From: an uncultured delta proteobacterium
Lineage (GTDB): Bacteria > Desulfobacterota > Binatia > UBA9968
DNA length: 64,000 nt
Assembly (NCBI GenBank): GCA_963745835.1
Contig: CAVUZH010000018.1
Location: 224,001 to 288,000, forward strand
Reading direction: 5' to 3'
Made by a program: the position numbers and the translations under genes. Numbering within the stretch: position 1 is the stretch's first letter; every line of letters begins with the position of its first letter. Shown in pieces: positions 1 to 10,443 of this stretch. The notes beneath the pieces are model-generated. The model had not been told where the DNA came from. It did no database searches and worked only from the letters and a program-made list of their open reading frames with translations.

Positions 1-262
1 CGACAACAAGTTCGCGAGGGAGGGTTGGGAGGCGCGCCTCAAAGGGTCATCGCCGGAAGCCCGTCTGGCAATGCTCAGCAACGCGGGCATGCTCGAAAGC
101 ATCGTCACATGGAAAGAGCAAATGGCTCTGGCCGGACGGCCATTGAAGATCGAAGGGCGCGCCGAGGATGTGTACGACTTCTCATTCGCTAAGCGAGCGC
201 ACGAGGAAATCAAAGCGGAAGGTTGGGATGCTAAGAAGTATCGGTACACGCCGAAAAAATGA
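1..262 (+). CDS. ABC substrate-binding protein, C-terminal fragment (NMT1/SsuA-like), truncated by window edge
   Basis: Open frame from position 2 to TGA at 260-262; C-terminal 'EDVYDFSFAKRA' is typical of this SBP class. Confidence 0.55.
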   Translation, partial: DNKFAREGWEARLKGSSPEARLAMLSNAGMLESIVTWKEQMALAGRPLKIEGRAEDVYDFSFAKRAHEEIKAEGWDAKKYRYTPKK

Positions 263-270
263 GCTACGAA

Positions 271-488
271 TTAACCCTAATCCGACATTATTCGAATCCC
301 GCGAGGCCAGCGAGCCCTACAGCCGTGGGCAATGGGACAGTGCCTTAAAGGCCCACCCCGCATTCCCCTAAAGGATGTTTGTTACGTCAAGGGCCTTAGA
401 GCCAACTGCGTGCTCGACGCCCACGGCTTCCAGTCTCGCCATCCCCGTTCACTGCTGACAACGCTCAACTATTGTCGGAGTAGGTTAA
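271..488. mobile_element. MITE/REP-like nested inverted-repeat element between convergent genes
   Basis: Ends TTAACCCTAATCCGACA / TGTCGGAGTAGGTTAA; inner pairs AGCCGTGGGC (321-330) with GCCCACGGCT (419-428), and AAGGCCC (348-354) with GGGCCTT (391-397). Confidence 0.6.
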
Positions 489-498
489 CAGTATGATC

Positions 499-1509
499 TC
501 AGTAGGGACCGGCGAGCTCGACGCCGCGGTAGGTTTCTGGAGCGAACAAATCCTCGACGGATAGTTGCTTGGTGATCATACCCTGACGAAATGAATACCT
601 GAGGAAGGCTTCCAGCACGGACCGATTCTCTTCAACCCCGTACATGAAGGGATCAGCGCCGATCTGCTCACGCGTCTCTTCCAAATGTGACCAAAGCCAC
701 GGAAGCGAACAAAAAAGACCGCCACCGTAGTGGAATTCCATGTGGCGCATACCCTGGATCTTTGCCCTCACAAAAGCCTTGTATAGGCTTGCAGCGACCC
801 AAGGATTTTTCTCATAGATCTCCCGCTTCAGCGCAACCATATGCATGATCGGGAAGATCCCCGTTTGCTTAAAATAGGCGAGCTCGACGTCTTTATAGTT
901 TGGGAAAAGACGCCCTACGTTCGGAGAACGATTGCGAAACGACGGCGGCGGCGTGGCGCCCATGAGAGCGTCGATTTCTCCGCGATCGAGCATCTCATCC
1001 AAAGATTGGCGATTGGAAATCGTCACGGTGCGTACGTTGGACGGCAATGCGACAGGAACCCGCTCGGTGTAATTTTTCGGCTCATGATAGCCGCCAAAAT
1101 ACCACTCGATTTGTTCGGCTCCCACACCATACTCGTCTTCCAGAATGCCGCGAATCCAAACTCCGGCCGTCTGCTGGTACTCCATGGCGCCGACCCGCTT
1201 GCCTGCGAGGTCTTGTGGCTGCCGGATGCCGGATTTGGTGTTGATGTAAATATCCGAGTGGCGGAAGCGGCGTGACGGAAACACCGGAATGCCTATTAGG
1301 CGGCGGTCCCCCTGAGAAAGCAGAATGGTGTATGTCGAAAGCGAAAACTCCGATGCATCAAATTCAGCGTTGCGCGCCTGGCGCCGCTGAAATTCGCCGG
1401 CATGCATCATGACAAAGTTGAGATCGATACCCTCCGCTGATACAGAACCATTTTGCAGCGCCACTGTCCTGTCGTAGAGACCCCCTGCATACGTCAGCTT
1501 GAGTTTCAT
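499..1509 (-). CDS. 4,5-dihydroxyphthalate decarboxylase-like protein (SBP fold)
   Basis: N-terminal LTYAGGLYDRT, FDASEFSLS, PVFPSRRFRHS, EYQQTAGVW and GIFPIMH motifs. Confidence 0.8.
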   Translation of the reverse strand: MKLKLTYAGGLYDRTVALQNGSVSAEGIDLNFVMMHAGEFQRRQARNAEFDASEFSLSTYTILLSQGDRRLIGIPVFPSRRFRHSDIYINTKSGIRQPQDLAGKRVGAMEYQQTAGVWIRGILEDEYGVGAEQIEWYFGGYHEPKNYTERVPVALPSNVRTVTISNRQSLDEMLDRGEIDALMGATPPPSFRNRSPNVGRLFPNYKDVELAYFKQTGIFPIMHMVALKREIYEKNPWVAASLYKAFVRAKIQGMRHMEFHYGGGLFCSLPWLWSHLEETREQIGADPFMYGVEENRSVLEAFLRYSFRQGMITKQLSVEDLFAPETYRGVELAGPY

Positions 1510-1522
1510 TCAAAAGATCCTC

Positions 1523-1909
1523 TCAGCTCTCAACTTCCGCCACACATTCAATCTCCAGTAAGAAGTCCTTATTGGTCATGGTAGCTTCAATAGTTGTTCG
1601 CGCCGGGTAACTGCCTTCCTTGAAGTAGGTCTTATAAATTTCATTCATTTCGGCGAAGTCGCGTATGCGGGCCAGAAAAACATTCACCTTGACGACCTTG
1701 TCGAGCGATGATCCCGCCGCCTCCAAGAGCGCCTTGAGTCCTTGCATCACTTGATGCATCTGCGCTGGAAAATCTCCCTTCGCGATCTGGTAATCGGTCG
1801 TAAATGGGGTGCTTCCCGAGACGAAGACGAGATTTCCTACTTTGACGGCGGGTGATAGCGGTACCCGAGGCTTGGCAACTTTATCGCTGGTAATGATTTG
1901 CTTCGGCAT
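1523..1909 (-). CDS. RidA/YjgF family protein
   Basis: GNLVFVSG, VVKVNVFL, YPARTT and LLEIECVA motifs. Confidence 0.9.
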   Translation of the reverse strand: MPKQIITSDKVAKPRVPLSPAVKVGNLVFVSGSTPFTTDYQIAKGDFPAQMHQVMQGLKALLEAAGSSLDKVVKVNVFLARIRDFAEMNEIYKTYFKEGSYPARTTIEATMTNKDFLLEIECVAEVES

Positions 1910-1921
1910 GTGGACTCCTTT

Positions 1922-3244
1922 TTATTTGGCTGTGCCATTCGGGAGGGTGTATTGTTTGAAGCCGTCGAGCCAATTTACGTTCTTCGGCAAGCCAAGGGAT
2001 AGCCCGCGGATACCGCCGTAAATCTCGGGGTTTCGTGCACACGGAGCTGGCATGCCATTTTCCCGCAACCTGTAGGCCGCTTCCAGCAGTTTGCGGCGAA
2101 CCATAATGATGGGTTCGTCAGCCTGCGTTAAATTTTCCTTGGTGCGGTCACAGATCGGGCCTTGGCTTTCAGAGACTGCTACGTCTTCTAAATGTACGGT
2201 GGGGATGCCGAAGCGTTTGGTCCTATGGACATTCCAATCCATGAAATAGTTATTGGCACGGCTGGCAGCGAGGCGTATATGGCCGTACACTTCGGGACCT
2301 GACGGTAGGTGCTCAAATTCGAACCCTTTGCACTCCGATTCTGTCAACGGTCTGACAGGGCTCCATCTTGGCCGCCAATTAACCGTATGCTCGTCATCCG
2401 CAGGCACCCACATGTGACCTAAATAAGCATCTTTTGGATCACCCGGCGGCATGGTGTAAAACGGAAAAAAGAAAAGATTGATGCGCCAGAGATAGGAGTC
2501 CTCTCCAACGTTTCGACGGCCTGCCATAACGACGCCGTAATCCGTCTCGTGGGCCTCAACTCGGGGAGTTCTTTCTCCGGTGTTAAACGCGTCGCGAAAC
2601 GCTTTGCTGAGACCCTTATCTGCACTCAGTCGTGATTGTGGACGGTTTGCTTCTTCGTCCTGCAGCGCGATTCTCTGCAGTGGACCGTGCAAGAATGCTC
2701 CGTGGGCAGGGTCTATTCCCCCCTCCATCGCCTGAAGGTAATTGCAATGCTGGTAGTCCCGATTTCGGAGAAACCGTTGTTCCTCCGGCACGATCAGAAA
2801 TTCTAAATCAGGGACGGGCGGCGGCTCAGCCGATGGTCCCATGTAAGTCCAAATCACACCGCCCTTCTCGACACAGGGATAGGCCGGGTGCTTTATTTTT
2901 TCTTTGAACTGATGCTCGGGCGGCACATTGGGCATCGCCAAGCACTGACCATTCAGGCCGTATTTCCATCCATGATAGACGCAGCGAATCCCATCGCGTT
3001 CGATTTGGCCAAAGTAAAGCGATGCGCGACGATGTGAACATAATTCTCCGACCAATCCGACTTGGCCTTCGAGTGTCCGAAAAGCCAGGAGATCCTCGCC
3101 AAGAAGTTTGACACGAATCGGTGGGCCGCCGCTTTCCAAGTCTTCAGAAAGAAGCACCGGAAGTTGATATTCTCTGAACAGATTGCCCATCAGAGTTCCT
3201 GGTCCCACCCTACACAGAAGCTCGTTCTCTTCGTGAGTCAGCAT
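1922..3244 (-). CDS. Rieske aromatic oxygenase, phthalate 4,5-dioxygenase-like alpha subunit
   Basis: MLTHEENELLCRVGPGT N-terminus; Rieske CSH...CVYH; mononuclear Fe site EGGIDPAHGAFLH...ED. Confidence 0.88.
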   Translation of the reverse strand: MLTHEENELLCRVGPGTLMGNLFREYQLPVLLSEDLESGGPPIRVKLLGEDLLAFRTLEGQVGLVGELCSHRRASLYFGQIERDGIRCVYHGWKYGLNGQCLAMPNVPPEHQFKEKIKHPAYPCVEKGGVIWTYMGPSAEPPPVPDLEFLIVPEEQRFLRNRDYQHCNYLQAMEGGIDPAHGAFLHGPLQRIALQDEEANRPQSRLSADKGLSKAFRDAFNTGERTPRVEAHETDYGVVMAGRRNVGEDSYLWRINLFFFPFYTMPPGDPKDAYLGHMWVPADDEHTVNWRPRWSPVRPLTESECKGFEFEHLPSGPEVYGHIRLAASRANNYFMDWNVHRTKRFGIPTVHLEDVAVSESQGPICDRTKENLTQADEPIIMVRRKLLEAAYRLRENGMPAPCARNPEIYGGIRGLSLGLPKNVNWLDGFKQYTLPNGTAK

Positions 3245-3271
3245 CTCAAGTTCTCTCCTTAGAACGTGCGG

Positions 3272-4030
3272 CTAATCCGCGATTACACGGTGTGCCTTTA
3301 GAAATTCAAAAATAGCGTCATTGAACTCGCGCGGTTTTTCGAAATAGACGGAATGTCCCGAATCGGCGATTTCGTGGTATTCCGAGTTCGGAATGAGTTG
3401 GTGAACTGCTTTTATTAGGTCAGGTGGAAAAAGGATGTCTTTCGAACCGACTAAAAACAAGATCGGAATTCCACTGGCCGAAAGTTGGTCTACGGAAATA
3501 CCAGGCAAACTGCCGCTTAAACTCTCACGGGCGTGGCCGTTGAAACTGTTCAATTCCGTATAAAGATGCGCTAGCACGGGCTCTCGTTCGCGAAATTGGC
3601 TACTCAGAACTCGGTCGAGCTGAGATAGACCCGAGGTAGCGCTGCGAACGGCTTCCATACGCGGGCGGAGGGACTCAGGTATCGTGAAGCCCACTAGAGT
3701 ATCCGCCAAGACTAGGGCGCTGACCTTTTCCGGATGACGAACGGCGAGACTCGCGCAGCTTCCACCGCCCATTGACTGTGCGACAAGCACGGCCTTGGCT
3801 ATTCCGAGATGGTCGAGAAGGTCTTTGAGATCGTCGGCAAAGCGCGATCGATCAGCTCCACCTTCAAGATCGCGCGAGTTACCAAAGCCACGGTGATCAA
3901 AGATTACCACTTTGAACCAACGGGAAAAAAACGGTACTTGATTAAACCACGACGCATGATTGCCGCCCATCCCGTGTGCAAGAACTAACGCTGGGCCATC
4001 GCCGTGAACCTCATAATAGATACTTGCCAT
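3272..4030 (-). CDS. alpha/beta hydrolase
   Basis: HGMGG, DHRGFG, AQSMGG nucleophile elbow, SGHS; start could be 4030 or 4045. Confidence 0.85.
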   Translation of the reverse strand: MASIYYEVHGDGPALVLAHGMGGNHASWFNQVPFFSRWFKVVIFDHRGFGNSRDLEGGADRSRFADDLKDLLDHLGIAKAVLVAQSMGGGSCASLAVRHPEKVSALVLADTLVGFTIPESLRPRMEAVRSATSGLSQLDRVLSSQFREREPVLAHLYTELNSFNGHARESLSGSLPGISVDQLSASGIPILFLVGSKDILFPPDLIKAVHQLIPNSEYHEIADSGHSVYFEKPREFNDAIFEFLKAHRVIAD

Positions 4031-4407
4031 GTTGCTCACTTTCACCGAGCTAGTTTCTCGTCGGATAGCCGATCTTTTCGATTAGCTATTATGAGCATGG
4101 CGCAGCTGTCAACAGCTCGATTGCTGGTAACCTGATTCTCCGTAATCCGTTTTGTCTCAACGAAGCTAGTACCACCCACATCGCATGATATTTGTCTAGC
4201 CGGCTTGTGCGCGCTCTTCGTTCGATTTCTGCGCAATCTAAATCGTCGTCGCCCCGAGAAATCCCCCGCGGCGTTCGACCGATTTATTTCGCAGCACCCT
4301 GACAATACACGATGACAGTGACGGTCCATAATCGGAGGAGACTCGTCACGTTCGTAGTCTCCAAGTAATTCCTAAGCATTTTGCGAGAGCGAGTGTCAGT
4401 TCAAAAG

Positions 4408-4422
4408 TGGCATATCGGTTGC
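4408..4422 (+). promoter_or_regulatory. sigma54 (-24/-12) promoter
   Basis: TGGCAT-ATCGG-TTGC matches TGGCAC-N5-TTGC; about 40 nt upstream of ATG 4462, which has a GGAGG RBS. Confidence 0.6.
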
Positions 4423-4461
4423 GCCGACCTACCGAGATTCTTTCAATTCGCGGAGGTTGGC

Positions 4462-6114
4462 ATGAATAACCGTCGGTTTCGTCTTTTGTCGCGCAGCTGC
4501 TCGTCCATTATTGCGCTGCTTACATTAATAATGTTCCTGACGAACTCGATGCGTCCGGCATGGGCGATGGACTCAGCTCGCGGCGGCGCCCTGCCGCAAC
4601 CGCTGCCGCTATTTCCCGCCGATAACTGGTGGAACTTGGATATCAGCAGCTGGCCGGTGGACCCGAATTCGACGAGCTTTATTTCCTTTATCAATAATGG
4701 TGCGACGAGGCGATTGCATCCGGACTTCGGCGGCAACGCGGGGACCGGAAACGCCATTTACGGCATGCCTTACGCCGTCGTTACCAATGTTGCCGATGCT
4801 GATCTCAAGGCGGTGCAGTTTCAATATTCAGATGAGAGCGACGGTGTCGAACATTCGACCGATATCAGCTTCCCATTTTATCCGATTCCGTCCGATGCGA
4901 TTACACAGCCGTTCTGGATCGAGGGCGGCGATCCCGGCAATGTCGATCTACGCAGCAGCCAAGACCGTCACCTGCTGATCGTCGACAAAGATCGCAATCA
5001 CCTCTATGAGCTGTACAACGTCTTCTACAATGCGACGCAGGGCAAGTGGTTTGCCGGCTCCGGCGCCTTCTTCGATATGAACACAAACAATCGGCGCCCG
5101 AATACGTGGACCTCGGCGGACGCCGCTGGATTGGCGGTACTTCCCGGTTTGGTTCGCTACGATGAAGTGTACGACCCGACTCTTGCGGAAATTCGCCATG
5201 CTTTCCGGGTGACGGTGCGCGCTACGAATGGTTACGTTTATCCGGCATCGCATCGCGCCGGTTCTACAGCGGGCGCTTTGCCGATGGGCGCGCGCTTGCG
5301 CTTGAAGGCTAGCGTGGATGTGACGCAAAGAACGACCGATCCCAATATACAAAAAATCTTTCGAGCGATGCAGAGATATGGTCTCATCGTCGCCGACAAT
5401 GGCTCGGACATGTATGTCACAGGAACGCACGACACCCGCTGGAACAACGACATCTTGAATCCTGCCTTCAGAAATCTCTCGGCCAGCGATTTCGAAGTTA
5501 TCGAGCTTGGCTATAATCCGGCTATCGCGGCGCCTGCGTCCTTGGCATCGGTCAGTATCAAGCCATCGAGCATTACCGCAGGCCAGCCGGCAACCGGCAC
5601 GGTGACTTTGTCGGGCGCAGCTCCGGCTGGCGGTGCCGTCATAAGTCTTGCGAGCGCGAACCCAGCCGCATCAGTGCCTGGTTCGATCACTGTACCGGCA
5701 AGCACGTCGTCGGCGAATTTCACCGTGAGCACGTCGACGGTAACGGCGACAACGGTGGGAAACGTTACCGCGAGCTACGCCGGCATAAGTAAGTCGGCGA
5801 CGTTGACGGTCAATCCAGCGGCTCCGGCGATATTGCTATCTCTGAGCTTAAACCAGAAAACGGTTGTGGGTGGATCGAGTGTGGCGGGAACCGTGACCTT
5901 AAACAAGGTAACGTCGACTCCTGTGGTGGTCACGGTTGCCAGCAGCAAGCCAAAGAACGCGGCGGTGGCCGCAACCATGACTGTTCCGGCGGGCGCGAGT
6001 TCGGCGGAGTTCAACATCGCCACGATGCCAACCAATAAAAAGATCAATGCGACGATCAGCGCGTCCTACGAAGGTGTGACGAAGAGCGCGACATTGACGA
6101 TCGTCAGAAGATAA
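4462..6114 (+). CDS. secreted protein: conserved domain of unknown function plus two Ig-like T/S/A/V-rich repeats
   Basis: GGAGG RBS; hydrophobic signal ending AWA; core motifs FPADNWWN, DRHLL, WTSADAAGL, YGLIVADNGS; two repeats ending SY.G..KSATLT. Confidence 0.75.
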   Translation: MNNRRFRLLSRSCSSIIALLTLIMFLTNSMRPAWAMDSARGGALPQPLPLFPADNWWNLDISSWPVDPNSTSFISFINNGATRRLHPDFGGNAGTGNAIYGMPYAVVTNVADADLKAVQFQYSDESDGVEHSTDISFPFYPIPSDAITQPFWIEGGDPGNVDLRSSQDRHLLIVDKDRNHLYELYNVFYNATQGKWFAGSGAFFDMNTNNRRPNTWTSADAAGLAVLPGLVRYDEVYDPTLAEIRHAFRVTVRATNGYVYPASHRAGSTAGALPMGARLRLKASVDVTQRTTDPNIQKIFRAMQRYGLIVADNGSDMYVTGTHDTRWNNDILNPAFRNLSASDFEVIELGYNPAIAAPASLASVSIKPSSITAGQPATGTVTLSGAAPAGGAVISLASANPAASVPGSITVPASTSSANFTVSTSTVTATTVGNVTASYAGISKSATLTVNPAAPAILLSLSLNQKTVVGGSSVAGTVTLNKVTSTPVVVTVASSKPKNAAVAATMTVPAGASSAEFNIATMPTNKKINATISASYEGVTKSATLTIVRR

Positions 6115-6131
6115 GTTTTATCTGCTTCGGG

Positions 6132-6171
6132 AAAAGGCCACCTTCGGATAAGACCGCAGGTGGCCTTTTTT
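6132..6171 (+). terminator. intrinsic terminator (likely bidirectional)
   Basis: AAAAGGCCACCT...AGGTGGCCTTTTTT hairpin 17 nt after the stop codon. Confidence 0.85.
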
Positions 6172-6773
6172 ATTCGCATGACTTTGTCTTTTCGGCTCGA
6201 TGTTCTATTCAGGTTTTTCGAGGAGAATCTGCGCTATGAAAGTTAGTCATGCGCAAGGTTCGGCTTCGGTCATGGCGCTCGGACGTCTGGCCAACGACAA
6301 TAGTGGCGGAATAAGTGCGAATGCAAGAAAGAGGTTCTTATCACGTTCATCTCCTCGGGTTACTGTTTGCCCGTGAAGTAAAAATTCGGGTCGAATCCGG
6401 AGCTAGATAGTTGGCGTTGCTCTTGTTTGTTGTCCGACGCTCTGCGGGCTGTGTATTATTCTCCGGTTCATTCATTTAGCACCTGACTCTCATGCTCCGC
6501 CCGAGTGGATTTTGGCTGGCGATTGCAAGTGCGATCTCATCGTTGGGAAGAATAGATAATCCTCGAGGTACGAACGTAATCTTCTCAGTGATATGGTTGC
6601 GAAAAACGTCCGCGTTTTTATTAACCGGGAGCAGCATGTGCGCTTCGAGCCTAACCCTAATAACTTTGAAATCGGCTGAGGGAACGAACAGCATCGACAC
6701 CCGCTTCGGCAAGGCACTCAACGCGACGACTAATTGAAAGTGCGATCATCAAACGAGCTAACCTCTCCTGAGG

Positions 6774-8093
6774 CTAGTTTGTCGTAGCCGGACTCACCCG
6801 CCAGATGATATTTCCAACATCGTCTGCAACAAGCAGGGCACCTGAATGGTCTACCGCAATCCCCACTGGACGGCCCAGGGCTTGGCCGTCTGCAGTGACA
6901 AAGCCATCGAGGACATCCTCGGGCATACCGGAAGGACTTCCATCCGTGAACGGCACAAAGATAACCTTGTATCCGCTGCGCGGTTCCCGATTCCATGAGC
7001 CATGCTGGCCGACGAAGGCTCCTCCAGCATAATGTTTCGGTAGAAGATTTCCCTGATAAAAGGCAAGCCCGAGCGAGGCTGTATGCGCGCCGAGTGCATA
7101 ATCTGGTACGAGGGCTTTAGCGACCAGATCGGGACGCTGCGGATTCACCCGAAGATCGACATGCTGACCAAAATAGCTGTAAGGCCAGCCGTAAAAACCG
7201 CCATCTTTCAAAGCCGTCATATAGTCCGGGACAAGGTCGCTGCCGATTTCGTCGCGTTCATTGACAGTAGTCCAGAGCGCGCCGCTCTGCGGCTGCCAGG
7301 CGAGTCCAACCGGATTGCGTAGGCCAGAGGCAAAGATCCGTACTCGGCCGCTTAGACGCTCCACCTCCAGCACTGCGGCGCGGTTGATCTCTTTCTCTAC
7401 ACCTTTTTCGCCCGCGTTGCTGTTTGAGCCGACCGTCACATACAGATGCGAACCATCGCGGCTGGCAATTACATTTTTGGTCCAGTGATGGTTAATCGGA
7501 CCTGCCGGTAGATCAGCGAGCTTTACACCCGGCGCGGTGATCTGCGTTTGGCCTTGTCGATACGGATATCGTATCAGGGCATCTGTGTTGGCGACGTAAA
7601 AATCATTTTCTACCAATGCCATACCGAAGGGTGAATTTAGCTCCTGCAAGAAGACCGTCCGCATATCCGCAATACCATCCCCGTCGTTATCGCGCAGCAA
7701 CGTAATGCGATTGGCGCTCTGCACGCCCGCACCAGCGCGTTTCTTAAGCAGCTTCATGATCCAATCTTTGATGCCTTTGCTGTCCTTCGGCGGGGCATTC
7801 GTTTCGGCGACCAGGACATCACCGTTGGGGAGAACATAGAGCCAGCGGGGATGATCCAGTCCGGTTGCATAAGCGTTCACGGAAAGTCCCGCGGCTGCCA
7901 TCGGCTTCGCGCCGCTGGGCCAACCTTTTGCTGGAGCAATATTAACGGTGGGAATTAGCGTAGGGTTTGGCGCCGGTAGCGTCGGCCGCGGGCCCATACC
8001 GGCTTCCAAGGGCAATGTCGCCCTTTCGCCACAGGCGATTATGTTGAGCAGCAACGAGCTCAGAAGCAGGAGGGAAATGATAGCTTGAGTCAT
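6774..8093 (-). CDS. L-sorbosone dehydrogenase family / PQQ-dependent sugar dehydrogenase (lipoprotein)
   Basis: [50 protein letters not shown]; lipobox IIAC. Confidence 0.9.
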   Translation of the reverse strand: MTQAIISLLLLSSLLLNIIACGERATLPLEAGMGPRPTLPAPNPTLIPTVNIAPAKGWPSGAKPMAAAGLSVNAYATGLDHPRWLYVLPNGDVLVAETNAPPKDSKGIKDWIMKLLKKRAGAGVQSANRITLLRDNDGDGIADMRTVFLQELNSPFGMALVENDFYVANTDALIRYPYRQGQTQITAPGVKLADLPAGPINHHWTKNVIASRDGSHLYVTVGSNSNAGEKGVEKEINRAAVLEVERLSGRVRIFASGLRNPVGLAWQPQSGALWTTVNERDEIGSDLVPDYMTALKDGGFYGWPYSYFGQHVDLRVNPQRPDLVAKALVPDYALGAHTASLGLAFYQGNLLPKHYAGGAFVGQHGSWNREPRSGYKVIFVPFTDGSPSGMPEDVLDGFVTADGQALGRPVGIAVDHSGALLVADDVGNIIWRVSPATTN

Positions 8094-8361
8094 GGGGATC
8101 TCAGGTCTTTTACTTTTGCTGTTTACCCGTGAGCTCGAGTGATCGGTGATTGAGGAATAGCGTAGTCCGAGAAGCTCGCCACATCAACGGTGAGATGATC
8201 GTGGAGTCAAGTGATCGCGGGACCAAACTGAAAGTAGTTGTTTTCCGTCTCCTTATAAGCGCCCAAGTTTCACAGGGGGAGGAAGCTTAAACGCCTTGAC
8301 TAGTCGACTGCAAAACGAGTAGGAACAGAAAACCCACTGCCCACGGAAAGGTATTCTGGCG

Positions 8362-9348
8362 ATGAAAAAAGGTGTTTGGCTTTTAGTCGGGATTTTTCTT
8401 TTTGCTTTATCTGATAGTGGAGCGGCGCAAGAAAAAATCCGCATCGGCATCGGTTCGGTGAGTCTGCAGTCGGTGCTGCCGTTTATCGGCAAGCAGCGCG
8501 GGCTGTTTGCCAAATACAATCTCGTGCCCGAGATTGTCTACATTCCCGGCGGGTCGACCAATGTTCAAGCGTTGATCTCCGGTAACCTGGACATTTCGCA
8601 GCTCTCCGGCGCGCCGGGAGCCGCCGCCAATCTCGAGGGCGCCGACATTATTTATATTCTCGGCCTGCTGGATAAATTGAATTACCAGCTCATCACTCGC
8701 CCGGAAATCAGAAACGTCGAACAGCTCAAAGGCAAGAAATTCGGCATCAGCAGGTTTAGCTCATCGGCGGATTTCGGCCTGCGCGCTTTGCTGAAGAAAC
8801 TTGGCATCGATCCGGTCAAGGATGTGACCATACTGCAGATCGGCGATGAGCACGCGCGCTTGGCAGCGGTGAAGGCGGGAAATATCGATGGAACCGTCAT
8901 GAACGCGCCGTTCGGCGCCGAAGCGGAGAAATTGAAACTCAACGTGGTGGCGGATTCGGTGAAAATGGGCATTCCGTTCTTCAACACCGGTTTGCTAGGC
9001 AGCAAGAAGTTTTTCGACCAGAACGAGGCGAAAGTCCTTAACTTTCTGCGCGCCTACCTTGAATCAATAAAAGTTTTCAAAACGGAAAGAGAATACGCCG
9101 TGAAATCGACCGCTCAGTTCACTCGAATCAACAACACCAAAGCGATTGAGGAAGGATACGACTACTTCAAAGAACAGCTTAACAATGTTCCGTATCCGTC
9201 CGCGGAGGCGATGCATGCCGTCGTAACGCAGCTAGGCGAGACCAATCCCAAGGCTAGGAAAATCGACGGCAAGATCTATGTCGACGATCGATATCTCAAG
9301 CAACTCGAAGAGGAAGGCTTTGTAAAAAAGCTTTGGCAGAGCAAGTAG
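8362..9348 (+). CDS. ABC substrate-binding protein, NMT1/SsuA family
   Basis: Signal peptide; LKGKKFGISRFSS; DVTILQIG. Confidence 0.85.
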   Translation: MKKGVWLLVGIFLFALSDSGAAQEKIRIGIGSVSLQSVLPFIGKQRGLFAKYNLVPEIVYIPGGSTNVQALISGNLDISQLSGAPGAAANLEGADIIYILGLLDKLNYQLITRPEIRNVEQLKGKKFGISRFSSSADFGLRALLKKLGIDPVKDVTILQIGDEHARLAAVKAGNIDGTVMNAPFGAEAEKLKLNVVADSVKMGIPFFNTGLLGSKKFFDQNEAKVLNFLRAYLESIKVFKTEREYAVKSTAQFTRINNTKAIEEGYDYFKEQLNNVPYPSAEAMHAVVTQLGETNPKARKIDGKIYVDDRYLKQLEEEGFVKKLWQSK

Positions 9349-9408
9349 GTTCTTCTTTTGGGCGACGACTCGTAGGTATCAAAAGCTTTGCGGCTAAAGA
9401 GGCACAAC

Positions 9409-10422
9409 ATGAAAGCGCACAGGCTGACGATTGTTTCGGTGTTTTTGATTTTCTTCCTCTCTCTGAATTCCGCTCAGGGCGCGGAAGCCGACGCACAACG
9501 GCAAATACTTGAGGGCGCCAAGAAGGAAGGCAAGTTAGTATTTTATACGTCCGTGGAAACTGAATTTGCGCGGGTGTTGACCGGCGGCTTTGAAGCAAAG
9601 TATCCGTTCGTTAAAACGGACATCTTCCGCTCGAGCCACGACAAGATCTTTAGCCGCTTAAACATCGAGCGCAAGGCCGGAAACTTCGCCGCGGATGTTC
9701 TCAGCGTGGGCGAGTTCGAAACTTATCACATGCAAAAGCGCGGGCTACTGACCCCCTACAAGGCGCCTTCCGCCGCCGTTTATCCTGAAGGATTCAAAGA
9801 TCCGGATGGTTATTGGACGGATTTTTACGACAATTTGATTGTCAGCGCGTACAACACCACGAGAGTGAAGCGCGAAGAGCTGCCTAAAAGCTATGAGGAT
9901 CTGCTCCATCCGCGTTGGCGCCGCCGCATGGTGCTCGATCGGAACGAGGATCGCTGGTTTGCCAACTTGCTTCATCACATGGGTGAGAAAAAAGGCATGG
10001 AATTCATGCAGGCGCTGGCGAAACAGGAAGTCGCCATCCGCTCGGGGCGTTCGCTGATTACCCAACTTATGGCCGCGGGGGAGTTCGACTTGCAGATCGT
10101 CGCCTACTGGTATCGTCCCTATCTGATGAAGAAACAAGGAGCGCCGGTAGACTGGTTTTCCCTGGATCCGGCATTCGTCGCTCTGCATCCGATTAGCATC
10201 ATCGAGCGGGCGCCGCATCTAAATGCAGCCAAGCTTTTTGTCGAGTATGTGCTCTCAGAAGAGGGCCAACGGTTGCTTGCAAAAAGGGGACGGGAGCCGG
10301 TGCGTCCCGGTATCAGGCCGGAAGGATATCCCAATCATTTGAAGGTTGTTCCGAGCCGAGTAGAGCTGGCGGAAAAGCTCGCCGATTATACGCGGCGTTA
10401 CGAATCGCTGTTCGTTAAATAG
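9409..10422 (+). CDS. extracellular solute-binding protein (Fe(III)/SBP_bac_6-like)
   Basis: Signal peptide; EGAKKEGKLVFY, YNTT, PKSYEDLL, APHLNAAKLF. Confidence 0.85.
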   Translation: MKAHRLTIVSVFLIFFLSLNSAQGAEADAQRQILEGAKKEGKLVFYTSVETEFARVLTGGFEAKYPFVKTDIFRSSHDKIFSRLNIERKAGNFAADVLSVGEFETYHMQKRGLLTPYKAPSAAVYPEGFKDPDGYWTDFYDNLIVSAYNTTRVKREELPKSYEDLLHPRWRRRMVLDRNEDRWFANLLHHMGEKKGMEFMQALAKQEVAIRSGRSLITQLMAAGEFDLQIVAYWYRPYLMKKQGAPVDWFSLDPAFVALHPISIIERAPHLNAAKLFVEYVLSEEGQRLLAKRGREPVRPGIRPEGYPNHLKVVPSRVELAEKLADYTRRYESLFVK

Positions 10423-10443
10423 CAACAAGCGCGCAAGGCGCGT

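Noticed and set aside
6172-6770. Small ORFs (6476-6721, 6492-6737 and a ~46-codon ORF after GAGGAG near 6236)
   Set aside because: No recognisable motifs; possibly degraded remnants
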